64,000 nucleotides of DNA from Trueperaceae bacterium. Its GTDB lineage: Bacteria; Deinococcota; Deinococci; Deinococcales; Trueperaceae. The position numbers were made by a program, and so were the translations under genes. The stretch is taken from positions 832,001 through 896,000 of the forward strand of contig JAXHNB010000006.1 in NCBI GenBank assembly GCA_034520945.1, written 5' to 3'. This document shows, in pieces, positions 21,223 through 31,357 of this stretch (its first letter is position 1; each line of letters starts with the position of its first letter). Under the pieces are notes generated by a model, which was given only the letters and a program-made list of their open reading frames with translations, searched no databases and was not told the DNA's origin.

Positions 21223-23342
21223 TGGCGACCGTGCTGTTCGAAATCGGCACCGAGGAACTGCCGAGCTGGTACGTGCGGCAGGGCCGAGGGGAGCTGGTGC
21301 GCTTGGTGCAATCGCGGCTGGCCGAGGTGCACCTGAGCCACGGCGCCGTTCACGGGTACGCCACGCCACGGCGTTTGACGATTCGGATCGACGACGTCTC
21401 CGCCGAGACCGAGCGTCGAACCGAGTCGCGCCGCGGCCCCAGCGCCCGCGTCGCCTTCGACGAGGGCGGCCGGCCCAGCAAGGCCGCCAGCGGGTTCGCG
21501 CGTGGGCTGGGCGTGGACCCGGGGGCGCTGGTGGTGGAGGAGACCGACAAGGGTCCGTACGCGTTCGCCCGCATCGAGCGCGGAGGGGAACCGGTTCGAG
21601 ACGTCCTGCCCTCGCTGCTGGGCGGCCTGGTCGCGGCCCTGCCCGCGCCGCGCAAGATGCGCTGGGGCGAGGTCGACACGCCGTTCGTGCGCCCCGTGCG
21701 TTGGTTGCTGGCGCGTCTGGACGGCGAGGTGCTCCCGGTCGAGGCGGCCGGTGTGCGGGCCGGCGGCACCAGCTGGGGGCACCGCTTCCTGGCGCCGGGC
21801 CCGCACGAGATCGTGGGCGCCGACGACTACCTGGACGTCCTCCGCGCCGCCCACGTCCTGGCCGATCCCGACGAGCGGCACCAGGCCACCGTCCGTGCCG
21901 TCGCGGACGCCGCCGCTGAGTACGCGCTGGACCCGGTGTGGGACGCATCGCTCCTGGACGAGGTGGTCGGCCTCGTGGAGGCGCCCACCGCGATCGTGGG
22001 CCGGTTCGACACCGCCTACCTGGCCCTGCCCGACGAAGTGCTGGCCACGGTGATGATCCACCACCAACGCTTCGTGCCGTTGCGGGGCGAGGACGGCGCG
22101 TTGGCCGCGCGTTTCGTCGGCGTCAGCAACACGGCGGTGCCCGATCCCGCGGTGGTCCGTGCCGGCTACGAGGGCGTCCTGGACGGCCGCCTCTACGATG
22201 CGCGCTTCTTTTGGAACGCGGACCGAACCAAGACGTTGGCGCAGCACGCCTGGGACCTCTCCGGGATCGCGTTCCAGAAGGGCCTCGGCTCGATGGCGGA
22301 CAAGGTGACCCGCGTGCGTGACAGCGCGCCGCGGTTGGCCGAGGCGCTGGGCGCGCCGGACGAGGTGCGCACGGCGCTGGAGAAGGCACTGCCCTTGTTC
22401 CGCGCCGACCTGACGACCGAGATGGTGGGCGAGTTCCCGGAACTCGAGGGGATCATGGCCCGACGTTACGCCGAGGCGGAGGGGTTGCCCGACACCGTCG
22501 CCCGCACCCTGGAGGACGGCGTGCGCCCCTTGGTGCCCGACGGGGCGCTCCCCCTGGAAGAACCGGGCGCCATCCTTGCCGCCAGCGACCGGGCGGACAC
22601 GTTGTTGGGCTTCTTCGCGTTGGGCAAGCGTCCCAGCGGCTCGACCGACCCGTACGGGCTGCGTCGCAGCGCGGCGGCGCTGGCGCGGATCTGCGCCACC
22701 CGGGATTGGGCGCTGCCGTTGCGAGACCTGCTGCGCGGCGCGGAACGGGGCTACGTGGACGGTCCCGTCTCGCCGGGCGAGGCCGTCGTCGACGACGTCG
22801 CCGGGTTCGTGTGGGACCGCGTGGCCTCGCTCCTCGCGGAGGAGGGGATCGGCGTGACCACCGTGCGCGCCGCCACCGCGGGGGAGCCGCCGGTCATCCT
22901 GGCCGCCCGGCGTGCCCACTTGCTGAGGGCGCTGGCGGGGACCGAAGCGTTCGCCGAGTTGATGACGCTGTACAAGCGTGCCGCCAACCTGGCGGAGAAG
23001 GCCGACGAGAACGCTGTCGTGGAGCCGAGTCGCTTCGAAGCGCCGGAGGAGGCGCCCCTGTACGAGGCGCTCGCACCGGCCCGCGCGGGGGTGCAGGCAT
23101 TGCTGGAGGACCTTCGTCGGCAGCTGGCGCCGTGGAAGTTGGGCGCGGGCCCCGACCGCCGGCCGGATCCCGGCGAGGGCCTGAATCGCGTGCTCGCGCT
23201 GAAGGAGCCGCTGGATCGCTTCTTGGACGACGTCCTGGTGATGGTCGACGATCGAACCGTGCAGGCCAACCGGTTGGCCCTGCTGCGGGACACACGTGAC
23301 GTGCTCCGCGGGTTGGGCGCGCTGGAGCGTCTGGGCGGCTGA
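21222..23342 (+). CDS. glyS: Glycine--tRNA ligase beta subunit
   Basis: LFEIGTEELP, TPRRL, MRWG..FVRP, EFPELEG.M, SGSTDPYGLRR, NRLALL; TGATG overlap with glyQ. Confidence 0.96.
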   Translation: MATVLFEIGTEELPSWYVRQGRGELVRLVQSRLAEVHLSHGAVHGYATPRRLTIRIDDVSAETERRTESRRGPSARVAFDEGGRPSKAASGFARGLGVDPGALVVEETDKGPYAFARIERGGEPVRDVLPSLLGGLVAALPAPRKMRWGEVDTPFVRPVRWLLARLDGEVLPVEAAGVRAGGTSWGHRFLAPGPHEIVGADDYLDVLRAAHVLADPDERHQATVRAVADAAAEYALDPVWDASLLDEVVGLVEAPTAIVGRFDTAYLALPDEVLATVMIHHQRFVPLRGEDGALAARFVGVSNTAVPDPAVVRAGYEGVLDGRLYDARFFWNADRTKTLAQHAWDLSGIAFQKGLGSMADKVTRVRDSAPRLAEALGAPDEVRTALEKALPLFRADLTTEMVGEFPELEGIMARRYAEAEGLPDTVARTLEDGVRPLVPDGALPLEEPGAILAASDRADTLLGFFALGKRPSGSTDPYGLRRSAAALARICATRDWALPLRDLLRGAERGYVDGPVSPGEAVVDDVAGFVWDRVASLLAEEGIGVTTVRAATAGEPPVILAARRAHLLRALAGTEAFAELMTLYKRAANLAEKADENAVVEPSRFEAPEEAPLYEALAPARAGVQALLEDLRRQLAPWKLGAGPDRRPDPGEGLNRVLALKEPLDRFLDDVLVMVDDRTVQANRLALLRDTRDVLRGLGALERLGG

Positions 23343-23381
23343 GTACGGCGGCACGGGGCCGAGCGACCGGGCCGCACGTCG

Positions 23382-23411
23382 ACGCGCCCCCGCCGGCGGG
23401 CGGGGGCGCGT
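23382..23411. terminator. 13-bp perfect GC hairpin between convergent glyS and tRNA-Leu
   Basis: ACGCGCCCCCGCC-ggcg-GGCGGGGGCGCGT; no clear U-tract. Confidence 0.55.
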
Positions 23412-23414
23412 TGG

Positions 23415-23501
23415 TGGTGCCGAAGGTGGGACTTGAACCCACACGACCTTGCGGTCACATGACCCTGAATCATGCGCGTCTACCAATTCCGCCACTTCGG
23501 C
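23415..23501 (-). tRNA. tRNA-Leu(CAG)
   Basis: GCCGAAGTGGCGGAATTGGTAGACGCG CATGA-TTCAGGG-TCATG, long variable arm, GGTTCAAGTCC...GGCACCA; 87 nt. Confidence 0.97.
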
Positions 23502-23556
23502 CGGCGGCGTCGCGTACCGCTCCGGGTTTGAGCCCGGCACGATGCGACGGACACGG

Positions 23557-23585
23557 ATGATACCGCCGCTACCGCCGGCTGTCAA
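23557..23585 (-). promoter_or_regulatory. Near-consensus promoter of tRNA-Leu
   Basis: TTGACA, 17-nt spacer, TATCAT. Confidence 0.8.
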
Positions 23586-23672
23586 CGAGACGGTCACCGC
23601 CCGCCGCGTCGCCATCCACGCCGCATGGCGGGCGCACGGTAGGCTCGTCCGCGTCGGGAAAGGAGGAGGGCC

Positions 23673-24428
23673 GTGACACGAACTGCACTGGTTACCGGCG
23701 GCGCCAGCGGCATCGGCCGCGCCTGCGTCGAAACGCTCCGCGAGGTGGGATATCCCGTCGCCAGCGTGGACGTCGACGAAGCCGGAGGGCGCGAGGCCGC
23801 GCGCGCCTCGGGAGCGGCGTTCGTGCATGCCGACCTGACCGACCCGGCCGCCTGCCGTGGTGCGGTGGACCAGGCGGTCGAACGGCTCGGCGGGGTCGAC
23901 GTGCTGGTCAACGTGGCCGGCTTCCAACATCTGGCGGCGATCGACGACTTCGCGGACGAGGTGTGGGACGCGATGCTGGCGTTGATGGTGTCGGCGCCGT
24001 TCCACCTCACCAAACGGGCGTGGCCGTACCTGGTGCGCAGCGGGCACGGCCGCGTGATCCACATCGGCAGCGTGCACAGCACGGTCGCCAGCCCGTTCAA
24101 GGTCGGGTACGTCACCGCGAAGCATGCGCTGTTGGGGCACATGCGCGTGGCGGCGTTGGAGGGTGGGCCGCACGGCGTGACCTCGAACGCGGTGTGCCCG
24201 GCCTACGTGCGGACGCCGCTGGTCGAGGCGCAGATCGAGGATCAGGCACGCACGCGCGGGATCGCGCCGGCCGAGGTGGAGGAGAAGGTGTTTCTCGAGC
24301 AGGCCGCCATCAAGCGGATGCTGACGCCCCGTGACGTGGCGGCGTCGGTGCGCTGGTTGGCCAGCGAGGCGGCGTGGGGCATCACCGGGAGCGTCCACAC
24401 CATCGACCTGGGGTGGACGGCGCGTTGA
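23673..24428 (+). CDS. bdhA: 3-hydroxybutyrate dehydrogenase-type SDR
   Basis: TGGASGIG, AGFQH, SVHS.VASPFK..YVTAKH, CPAYVRTPLV..QI. Confidence 0.85.
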   Translation: MTRTALVTGGASGIGRACVETLREVGYPVASVDVDEAGGREAARASGAAFVHADLTDPAACRGAVDQAVERLGGVDVLVNVAGFQHLAAIDDFADEVWDAMLALMVSAPFHLTKRAWPYLVRSGHGRVIHIGSVHSTVASPFKVGYVTAKHALLGHMRVAALEGGPHGVTSNAVCPAYVRTPLVEAQIEDQARTRGIAPAEVEEKVFLEQAAIKRMLTPRDVAASVRWLASEAAWGITGSVHTIDLGWTAR

Positions 24429-24437
24429 GCCGGTAGC

Positions 24438-25532
24438 TCAGTCCAGGCCGACGAAGGTCCCGTCGCGCTGGAACGGTTCGCCGTCGAGGAGGATCTCGCC
24501 GCCCCGGCGGAGATCGCGGACCAGGTCCCAGTGAATCTCGCTCTGGTTCACCCCGCCGGTCTCGGCGTAGCTGCGGCCCAGCGCTAGGTGCACCGTTCCG
24601 CCGATCTTCTCGTCGAACAGGGTGCTGCCGGTCGGCCGGTCGATCTCGCGGTTGGTGCCGATGCCGAGCTCGCCCAGGCGGCGCGCGCCCGGGTCGCGGG
24701 CCAATCGCTCGTCCAGCAACGCCTGGCCCGCCTCGGCCGTGGCCTCGACCACCTCGCCGCGTGCGAAGCGTAGGGTCACACCACGCACCTCGGAGCCGCC
24801 CACGAAGCTGGGCACGTCGAAGCGGATCACGCCCTCCGCGCTGTCCTCCAGCGGGCCGGTAAACACCTCGCCCGAGGGCATGTTGCGGTGGCCGGCGCTG
24901 TTCACCCACCCTCGACCCGCGACGCGGAGTGACAGGTCGGTGCCGCCGGCACGGATACGGACCTCGTCCGCCCGGCGCAGGCGCTCGATCATGCGTTCCT
25001 GTTCGCGCTGCAGGGCACGCCACGCCGCGGCCGGATCCTCGTCGAAGAGGTGCATGGCACCGAACACGAAGCGCTGGTAGTCATCCAGGCTCATGCCCGC
25101 ATCCTGTGCGCCCGACGCGGTGGGATACAGGGTTCCCACCCAGCGGGTGTGCTCCAGGCGGTAGTCCTGGACGGGTCGCATGCGTCGTTCCAGGCGGCCG
25201 ATGCGCTCCGCGTCGGCCTGCTGCAGGGCGCGGCTGTTGCTGGGGGCGGAGACGCGGATCCAGGCGTCCGTGCGCTCCAGTTCGGCCAGCTCCAGCTCGG
25301 GGCGGGCGTCCAGGTACCGCTCCGAGGCGCAGGCGACGAGGTCCTCGCGCAGTTCCGGGTAGGCGAGATGCAGACGGGGCGTCGCTTCGCGGCTCAGCAC
25401 GCCACGAACCAGGGCGCGGGCCAGGTCGGTGGCGGGGGTTTGGACGTTCAGCGACACGACCTCGCCGGGTCGGACGGCGGTGCAGTAGTCGAGCAGCAGA
25501 TCGGCGTAGCGTTCGTGCAACGGGGTGAGCAT
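24438..25532 (-). CDS. M29 aminopeptidase (AmpT/AmpS family)
   Basis: NMPSGEVFTGP, LGELGIG, LFDEKIGGTVHLALG.SY, SEIHWDL. Confidence 0.93.
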   Translation of the reverse strand: MLTPLHERYADLLLDYCTAVRPGEVVSLNVQTPATDLARALVRGVLSREATPRLHLAYPELREDLVACASERYLDARPELELAELERTDAWIRVSAPSNSRALQQADAERIGRLERRMRPVQDYRLEHTRWVGTLYPTASGAQDAGMSLDDYQRFVFGAMHLFDEDPAAAWRALQREQERMIERLRRADEVRIRAGGTDLSLRVAGRGWVNSAGHRNMPSGEVFTGPLEDSAEGVIRFDVPSFVGGSEVRGVTLRFARGEVVEATAEAGQALLDERLARDPGARRLGELGIGTNREIDRPTGSTLFDEKIGGTVHLALGRSYAETGGVNQSEIHWDLVRDLRRGGEILLDGEPFQRDGTFVGLD

Positions 25533-25574
25533 GCGAAGAGGATACCTGCGTCGGCGTCACGGTACGCTCACGCC

Positions 25575-26321
25575 ATGACGCGCGGGGAACGGCTGCAGAA
25601 GGTGCTGGCACGCAGCGGCGCGGCCGCCTCCAGGCGGAAGGCGGAGGCGCTGATCGAGGCGGGGCGCGTCACGATCGGCGGCGCGGTCGCCTCGTTGGGC
25701 GCGCGCGTGCCGCCCGGCGCCGAGGTTCGAGTGGACGGCCGCGTCGTGCCGGACGCAGACCGACCCGTCGTTCTGCTTCTCCACAAGCCGCGTGGCGTGG
25801 TGAGCACCGCGCACGACCCGCAGGGCCGGCCGACGGTGATGGAGCTGGTCCCGCGCCTCCCCGGCCTGCACACGGTGGGGCGGCTGGACGCCGACAGCGA
25901 GGGGCTGCTCCTGTTGACCAACGACGGGGCGTTGACCCAGCGGTTGGCGCATCCCAGCTTCGAACACCGCAAGCGCTACCGTGCCTGGTGCGAGCCGGGC
26001 ACGGTAGCGCCCAGCGCCCTGCGTGCCCTGCGTCAAGGCGTACGGCTGGAGGACGGCCCCGCGCGGGCCGACGAAGCGTGGGCCGCCCCGGGCGGGGCGG
26101 TGGTCGAGCTGCACGAGGGGCGCAAGCGGCAGGTGCGACGCATGTTGTCGGAGGTCGGGTTCCCCGTCGTGCGGCTACAGCGCACGCGGGTCGGCGGCCT
26201 GACGTTGGGGCGGTTGCCGGAGGGCGCCTGGCGCGAAGCGAGCGAGGAGGAACGCCTACGCCTCGGGTATGATTCCGACCATGTCCTACGCCGCCGCGAC
26301 CGCGCCACGGAGGGACCGTGA
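25575..26321 (+). CDS. rluB: rRNA pseudouridine synthase (RsuA/RluB family, S4 domain)
   Basis: ERLQKVLA..SRRKAE, HKPRG, VGRLDADSEGLLLLTNDG, EGRKRQVRRM. Confidence 0.88.
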   Translation: MTRGERLQKVLARSGAAASRRKAEALIEAGRVTIGGAVASLGARVPPGAEVRVDGRVVPDADRPVVLLLHKPRGVVSTAHDPQGRPTVMELVPRLPGLHTVGRLDADSEGLLLLTNDGALTQRLAHPSFEHRKRYRAWCEPGTVAPSALRALRQGVRLEDGPARADEAWAAPGGAVVELHEGRKRQVRRMLSEVGFPVVRLQRTRVGGLTLGRLPEGAWREASEEERLRLGYDSDHVLRRRDRATEGP

Positions 26322-26884
26322 TGGCTGAGTCGACCTTCTCGCTCGGGCACGGCCAGGTGCAGATCTCCGGGGAGGAGATCCAGGCGCGGGTCGCCGCGTT
26401 GGGGCGCGAGATCGCGCGCGATCACGCCGGCCGTGAATTGCACCTGATCTGCGTCCTGAACGGCGCGTTCTTGTTCATGGCGGACCTGGTGCGCGCCATC
26501 GAGCTGCCGCTCACGGTGGACTTCCTGTCGGTGTCGAGTTACGGCAGCCGGACCGAGTCGTCGGGTGAGGTGCGGCTGGTGAAGGACCTGGACCTGAGCC
26601 TGAAGGGCCGGCACGTGGTGCTGGTGGAGGACATCGTCGATACGGGTCTCACCATGCGGTACCTGCTGCAGTACCTGGAGGGTCGTGGCCCGAAGTCCGT
26701 GAAGGTCGCCAGCCTCCTCAGCAAGCCGTCGCGGCGGCGGGTGGAGGTGCCGGTCGACTACCTGGGGTTCGAGATCGCCGACGCGTTCGTGTACGGCTAC
26801 GGGCTGGACGTCGAGCACCGCTACCGAAACCTGCCGTTCGTGACCAGCATGTCGGCGCTGGAAGCGGAGTCGTTGGGCGAGTGA
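26321..26884 (+). CDS. hpt: Hypoxanthine phosphoribosyltransferase
   Basis: VEDIVDTGLT PRPP motif, VSSYG, FVYGYGLD..YRNLP. Confidence 0.96.
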   Translation: MAESTFSLGHGQVQISGEEIQARVAALGREIARDHAGRELHLICVLNGAFLFMADLVRAIELPLTVDFLSVSSYGSRTESSGEVRLVKDLDLSLKGRHVVLVEDIVDTGLTMRYLLQYLEGRGPKSVKVASLLSKPSRRRVEVPVDYLGFEIADAFVYGYGLDVEHRYRNLPFVTSMSALEAESLGE

Positions 26885-28029
26885 CGCGGGCGCGCCGCCT
26901 GCATGCGGCATTGGTGGGCGGCGGTGTCGTCCTGCTGCTGCTCGTCGGTCTGGGTCTCGGGCAGGCGCTTCGCGACACCACGCCCCCGTCGCTGTGGGTG
27001 GAGGCGCCCGAGCGGGTCGCGGCCGGAACGACGTTCACGCTGGACGTCAGCGCCGACGAGCCGGCGCGGTACGTCGTGCAGTACGCAGGCACCCGCACCG
27101 AGGCCGTCGAGCAGGCGGTGTCGGTGCCGCTGGAGGCCGCCCCCGGTCGACACCGGATCCGCATCGTCGCGCAGGATGCGGCGGGCAACGAGACGACCGC
27201 CGGTCACGACGTGTTCGGCGTGGTGGTGCCCGAGGGTCGCCTAGAGATGCCCGAGGGCCTGAGGCCCGGCGACCCGTTCACGGTTCGGCTGCGCTTCTCG
27301 CCGCCGTACGGGGAGCGTACGGACGTGCGGCTGAGCGTGGACGGTACGTCGCTCGACCTTCACCCCATGGAAGGGGGCGCGTGGGCGCTGGGCGCGGTGC
27401 CGCTGGCGACCGACGCCGGATCGCTGTCCGTGCGGGCCTCGTGGCGCGACGGGCTGGGCCGAGCCACGAGCGCGGCGCAGGACGTGCCGTACGACCCGTT
27501 GGGCCGGACGGTCGAGACGCTGACCATCGCCGAGGAGGTGCTGGCGGTGATCACGCCCGAGGGCCGCGGGCGGGAGGCGGCCGCGCTCGCCTCGGCGCGC
27601 GCGGACCCGGGCGAACCGCCGCGCTGGCGTGCGCCGTTCGTGCTGCCGATCGAGGGTCGCGGTACCTCCGGTTTCGCCCGTCCCAGGCGGTACGTGCCGG
27701 GCGGGCCGGTAAGCTTTCACCTCGGCGAAGACATCGCGGCCCCGACCGGCACGCCGATCATGTCGCCCAACGACGGGGTGGTGACGTTGGCCGACATGTT
27801 CCCGATCAAGGGCGGCCTGACGGTGATCGACCACGGCGCCGGCGTCACCAGCCGCTTCTACCACCAGTCACGCATCGGGGTGGAGGAGGGGTCGTTCGTG
27901 CAGCGTGGCCAGGTGATCGGTGAGGTCGGCAGCACCGGCCTGTCGACCGGTCCGCACCTGCACTGGGAGATGCGCGTCGACGGGGTGCCCAGCGACCCGC
28001 TGGCCTGGGTGGGCACGGCGCGTCCCTGA
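26881..28029 (+). CDS. Exported M23 metallopeptidase
   Basis: Signal/TM segment; HLGED, HQS, GSTGLSTGPHLHWE. Confidence 0.9.
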   Translation: MTRARRLHAALVGGGVVLLLLVGLGLGQALRDTTPPSLWVEAPERVAAGTTFTLDVSADEPARYVVQYAGTRTEAVEQAVSVPLEAAPGRHRIRIVAQDAAGNETTAGHDVFGVVVPEGRLEMPEGLRPGDPFTVRLRFSPPYGERTDVRLSVDGTSLDLHPMEGGAWALGAVPLATDAGSLSVRASWRDGLGRATSAAQDVPYDPLGRTVETLTIAEEVLAVITPEGRGREAAALASARADPGEPPRWRAPFVLPIEGRGTSGFARPRRYVPGGPVSFHLGEDIAAPTGTPIMSPNDGVVTLADMFPIKGGLTVIDHGAGVTSRFYHQSRIGVEEGSFVQRGQVIGEVGSTGLSTGPHLHWEMRVDGVPSDPLAWVGTARP

Positions 28030-28082
28030 GCGCGGGACCGGCGAGACGGCCCTGCGGTCCGGCAGTGCTATCCTGCGTCCTC

Positions 28083-29114
28083 ATGGACTCGACCATTACG
28101 GGCAGCGGGGACGGCAAGGCACGGCCTCGCGTGTTTTCGGGCGTGCAGCCCACGGGCGACCTTCACCTCGGAACCTACCTCGGCGCGTTGCGCCAGTGGG
28201 CCGAGCGGCAGCACGAGCGCGAGAACGTGTTCTGCGTGGTGGACCTGCACGCGTTGACGGTGCCCGAGAACCTGGACGCGAAGGGGTTGCGGGCGAAGAG
28301 CCGGGAGGTCGCGGCGTTGTACCTGGCGTGCGGCATCGATCCGGAGGAGAGCATCGTGTTCGTGCAGTCGCACGTCCGGGAGCACGCCGAGCTCACCTGG
28401 CTGTTGAACTGCACCACCCCGCTCGGGTGGCTGCAACGCATGACGCAGTTCAAGTCGAAGAGCGACGGGCGGGCGTCGGTGTCGGCGGCGTTGCTGAACT
28501 ACCCAGTGCTGCAGGCGGCGGACATCTTGTTGTACGACACCGACGAGGTGCCCGTCGGCGAGGATCAGGTGCAGCACGTGGAGTTGACGCGCGACATCGG
28601 GACCCGCTTCAACCACATGTTCGGGGAGACGTTCCGCCTGCCCAAGGCGGTCGTCCCGAAGGCGGGCGCGCGCGTGATGGGCTTCGACGACCCGGAGGTC
28701 AAGATGTCGAAGTCGCTGTCGTGGGAGCGCGACCGTCACGCGGTACACCTGCTGGATGACGAGGCGCGCATTCGCAAGACGGTGATGAGCGCCGTCACGG
28801 ACTCGGGACGCGAGTTCCGCTACGAGCAGGCGGGTCCGGGCGTTCGCAACCTGCTGGGGGTGCTGCACAGCCTGCGCGGGGGCGACATGGACGAGATCTC
28901 CGCCAGCTTCGAAGGCAAGGGCTACGGCGACCTCAAGAAGGCCGTGGTCGAGGCGATCCTCGACACGCTCCGTCCGATTCGCGCGCAGTTCGACGGCTAC
29001 ATGGCCGACCCCGCGTCGCTGGACGCCGTGCTGGCGAAGGGGGCGGAGCGGGCCCGCGCCCACGCTGCCCGCACGCTGGCGCGCGCCAAGGACGCCATGG
29101 GCGTCGGCGCCTGA
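28083..29114 (+). CDS. trpS: Tryptophan--tRNA ligase
   Basis: SGVQPTG.LHLG, YPVLQAADIL, VPVGEDQ.QH, KMSKS. Confidence 0.97.
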   Translation: MDSTITGSGDGKARPRVFSGVQPTGDLHLGTYLGALRQWAERQHERENVFCVVDLHALTVPENLDAKGLRAKSREVAALYLACGIDPEESIVFVQSHVREHAELTWLLNCTTPLGWLQRMTQFKSKSDGRASVSAALLNYPVLQAADILLYDTDEVPVGEDQVQHVELTRDIGTRFNHMFGETFRLPKAVVPKAGARVMGFDDPEVKMSKSLSWERDRHAVHLLDDEARIRKTVMSAVTDSGREFRYEQAGPGVRNLLGVLHSLRGGDMDEISASFEGKGYGDLKKAVVEAILDTLRPIRAQFDGYMADPASLDAVLAKGAERARAHAARTLARAKDAMGVGA

Positions 29115-29130
29115 ACGGCCGCCCGCCGGC

Positions 29131-30051
29131 GTGTCACGCGTCCTGTTCGTGTTCCTCGACGGCGTCGGGGTCGGCGGCGACGACCCGGCGGAGAACCCGT
29201 TCGCGGCGACGCCCACCCCGACGCTGGACGGGCTCGTCGGTCGCGCCCTCGCCGGATGGGACGGCACGCCGCGACACGATGACGACCTGGCGAGCCGGAC
29301 GCTGGACGCGACGTTGGGCCGGGCCGGCCTGCCGCAATCCGCCACCGGACAGAGCGCCCTGCTGACCGGCCGCGACGCCGCCGAGGCCATGGCGGGGCAC
29401 TACGGGCCGTGGCCCGGCCCGACCCTGAAGCGATTCCTGGCGGAGGGGAACCTGTTCGACTGGGCGGCGGCCCGCGGTGCCCAGCACGCCAACGCCTACC
29501 CGCCCGACTTCTTCCAGGCGTTGGCGGCGGGACGGCTGCGGCTGAACGCGCCGGCGCACGCCGCCCGTGAGGCCGGCGTGCCGCTGGCCGACCTCGACGC
29601 CTACCGTGCCGGTCGGGCCGTCGCGCCCGACCTGGACGGGGCGGCGTTCGCGTCACGCGGCGTGGTGTCCCCGGATGCGCCTGCGGCTGGGCCGGAGGCG
29701 GCCGCGGCGGCGGGGGGCCGCCTGGCGCGGCTGGCGGGGGCGTCGCTGCTGACGTTCTTCGACGTGTGGACGACCGACCGGGTGGGCCATCGCGCCGACG
29801 CGGCGGCGGCCGCGACGCTGATCGCCCGCTTGGACGCGTTCTTGGCGGGGGTGCTGTCGGCGCGGCCGCGCGACGTGAGTGTGGTGATCACCAGCGATCA
29901 CGGAAACCTGGAGGATCTTCGGCACGGCCGTCACACGCGCGCGGACGTGCCGCTGTGGGTCGTCGGTCCCGGCGCCCCCCAGTTCGCGGAGGTACGGACC
30001 CTGTGCGGCGTGGCGCCCGCCATTCGCGCGGCGTGGGCGTCCGACGCCTAG
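29131..30051 (+). CDS. Alkaline-phosphatase-superfamily metalloenzyme (iPGM-like)
   Basis: FLDGVG, PQSATGQ, D..GH, TSDHGN, HT metal-binding motifs. Confidence 0.8.
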   Translation: MSRVLFVFLDGVGVGGDDPAENPFAATPTPTLDGLVGRALAGWDGTPRHDDDLASRTLDATLGRAGLPQSATGQSALLTGRDAAEAMAGHYGPWPGPTLKRFLAEGNLFDWAAARGAQHANAYPPDFFQALAAGRLRLNAPAHAAREAGVPLADLDAYRAGRAVAPDLDGAAFASRGVVSPDAPAAGPEAAAAAGGRLARLAGASLLTFFDVWTTDRVGHRADAAAAATLIARLDAFLAGVLSARPRDVSVVITSDHGNLEDLRHGRHTRADVPLWVVGPGAPQFAEVRTLCGVAPAIRAAWASDA

Positions 30052-30119
30052 CGCGCGGGTGGGTGCGTCCCGCTGGGTCCGCGTCGCGCGGCGCGAGGGC
30101 GTGAGGCGCGGGGGGCGGA

Positions 30120-31283
30120 TCAGAAACCGAGCAGCACCACCGCTTCGTACCAGGCGCCCAACAGCAGCAGCAGCCCCGCCAACGGCAGCATGGAGACCAA
30201 CTTGCGGTACCCGTCGCCGATGCCGCCGAAGCCGCGTTGGGCGAGGGTGGCGACCAGCATGCCGCCGCCCGTCACCACCAGGAAGTAGGCGGTGAACTCG
30301 ATCACGAACAGGACGAGGATCGCCACGATCTCGGGGAACCCACCGAGCCCCAACAACCCGAACGCCGTGGACTGAGCCAGGAACGACACGCCGGCCAGCA
30401 GGTACACCGGCACGCCCAGCAACAGCGCACTGCCGAACAGGGCCGTGAAGGTCACCACCACGAAGTTCTGGTAGAAGATCACCAGCGCGGTGCGGGCGAG
30501 GTCGCCGCTGGCGAGCGCCTGCGTGGCCCCCACCTGCTCCAGGGTGTCGCTCAGGACGCTCACCACCGCCTGTTCGCAGCTGTCGGGCAACTGGCTCCCT
30601 GCGAACAGCCCGAGCGCGACGACGGCCCACCCCAGCACGAACGTCCATCGCACCACGCGGGGGTGCGCGCGCAGGGCGTCGCGTCCGCCGAGGAGCCAGC
30701 GCCGGATCGGCGTGGGGCGTGCCAAGGCGCCAACGATCAGCAGCGAGAACAGGATGAAGCCGATGCCGGCTTCGCGCGTCTGGAGCCAGTCGCGACCGGT
30801 GGAGGTCTCCATCTGGAAGCCGACCCGCTCGACGCGCCAGTCGTCCCCGTCCTGCATCAGGATCACTTCGACGACGTCGAGGCGGTCGGGGGGGATCTCG
30901 GCGGCGTAGGTGTAGCGGCGACGGTCCGGATCGTCGGTCTCCCGGGCGCGCCGGTCGCTCAGGTCCACCTCGGTGCCGCTGGGCGGGGGCGGGGCGGCGA
31001 ACAGGGCCGGCAACTCGCGGCAGAGCGCCTCCGTCTCCAAGCCTGCGAGGTCGGAGAAGGAGGTGGGCTCCAACGCCAGCCACATCTCGACCGCCCGGTC
31101 GGCCAACGCTTCAGGGTCGCTGCCGGTGGTGCCCACCACGGCATCGTCCGGCATCGCCGCCGGGTCGAGGCCGTCCGCTGGGATCTGGGCGGCCCCAAGC
31201 CCGAACAGCAAGGCCCATAGCGTCGCGAAGAGGGCGAGGTAGGCGGGGCGTCGGCAGGGGGAAAACTCGTTCGGCACCATCAT
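30120..31283 (-). CDS. Membrane protein: exported acidic N-terminal domain plus C-terminal SpoIIM/DUF95-like TM domain
   Basis: Signal-like N-terminus; IFYQN, IEFTAY..GG and LLLGAWYE in the hydrophobic C-terminal half; start uncertain. Confidence 0.7.
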   Translation of the reverse strand: MMVPNEFSPCRRPAYLALFATLWALLFGLGAAQIPADGLDPAAMPDDAVVGTTGSDPEALADRAVEMWLALEPTSFSDLAGLETEALCRELPALFAAPPPPSGTEVDLSDRRARETDDPDRRRYTYAAEIPPDRLDVVEVILMQDGDDWRVERVGFQMETSTGRDWLQTREAGIGFILFSLLIVGALARPTPIRRWLLGGRDALRAHPRVVRWTFVLGWAVVALGLFAGSQLPDSCEQAVVSVLSDTLEQVGATQALASGDLARTALVIFYQNFVVVTFTALFGSALLLGVPVYLLAGVSFLAQSTAFGLLGLGGFPEIVAILVLFVIEFTAYFLVVTGGGMLVATLAQRGFGGIGDGYRKLVSMLPLAGLLLLLGAWYEAVVLLGF

Positions 31284-31357
31284 GACGTGGACGTCAGCAT
31301 AGCCCAGCTCGGGGTCTGCCACGGCCCGTCGCACGCGTCGGCGATATGCTCGGGGGC

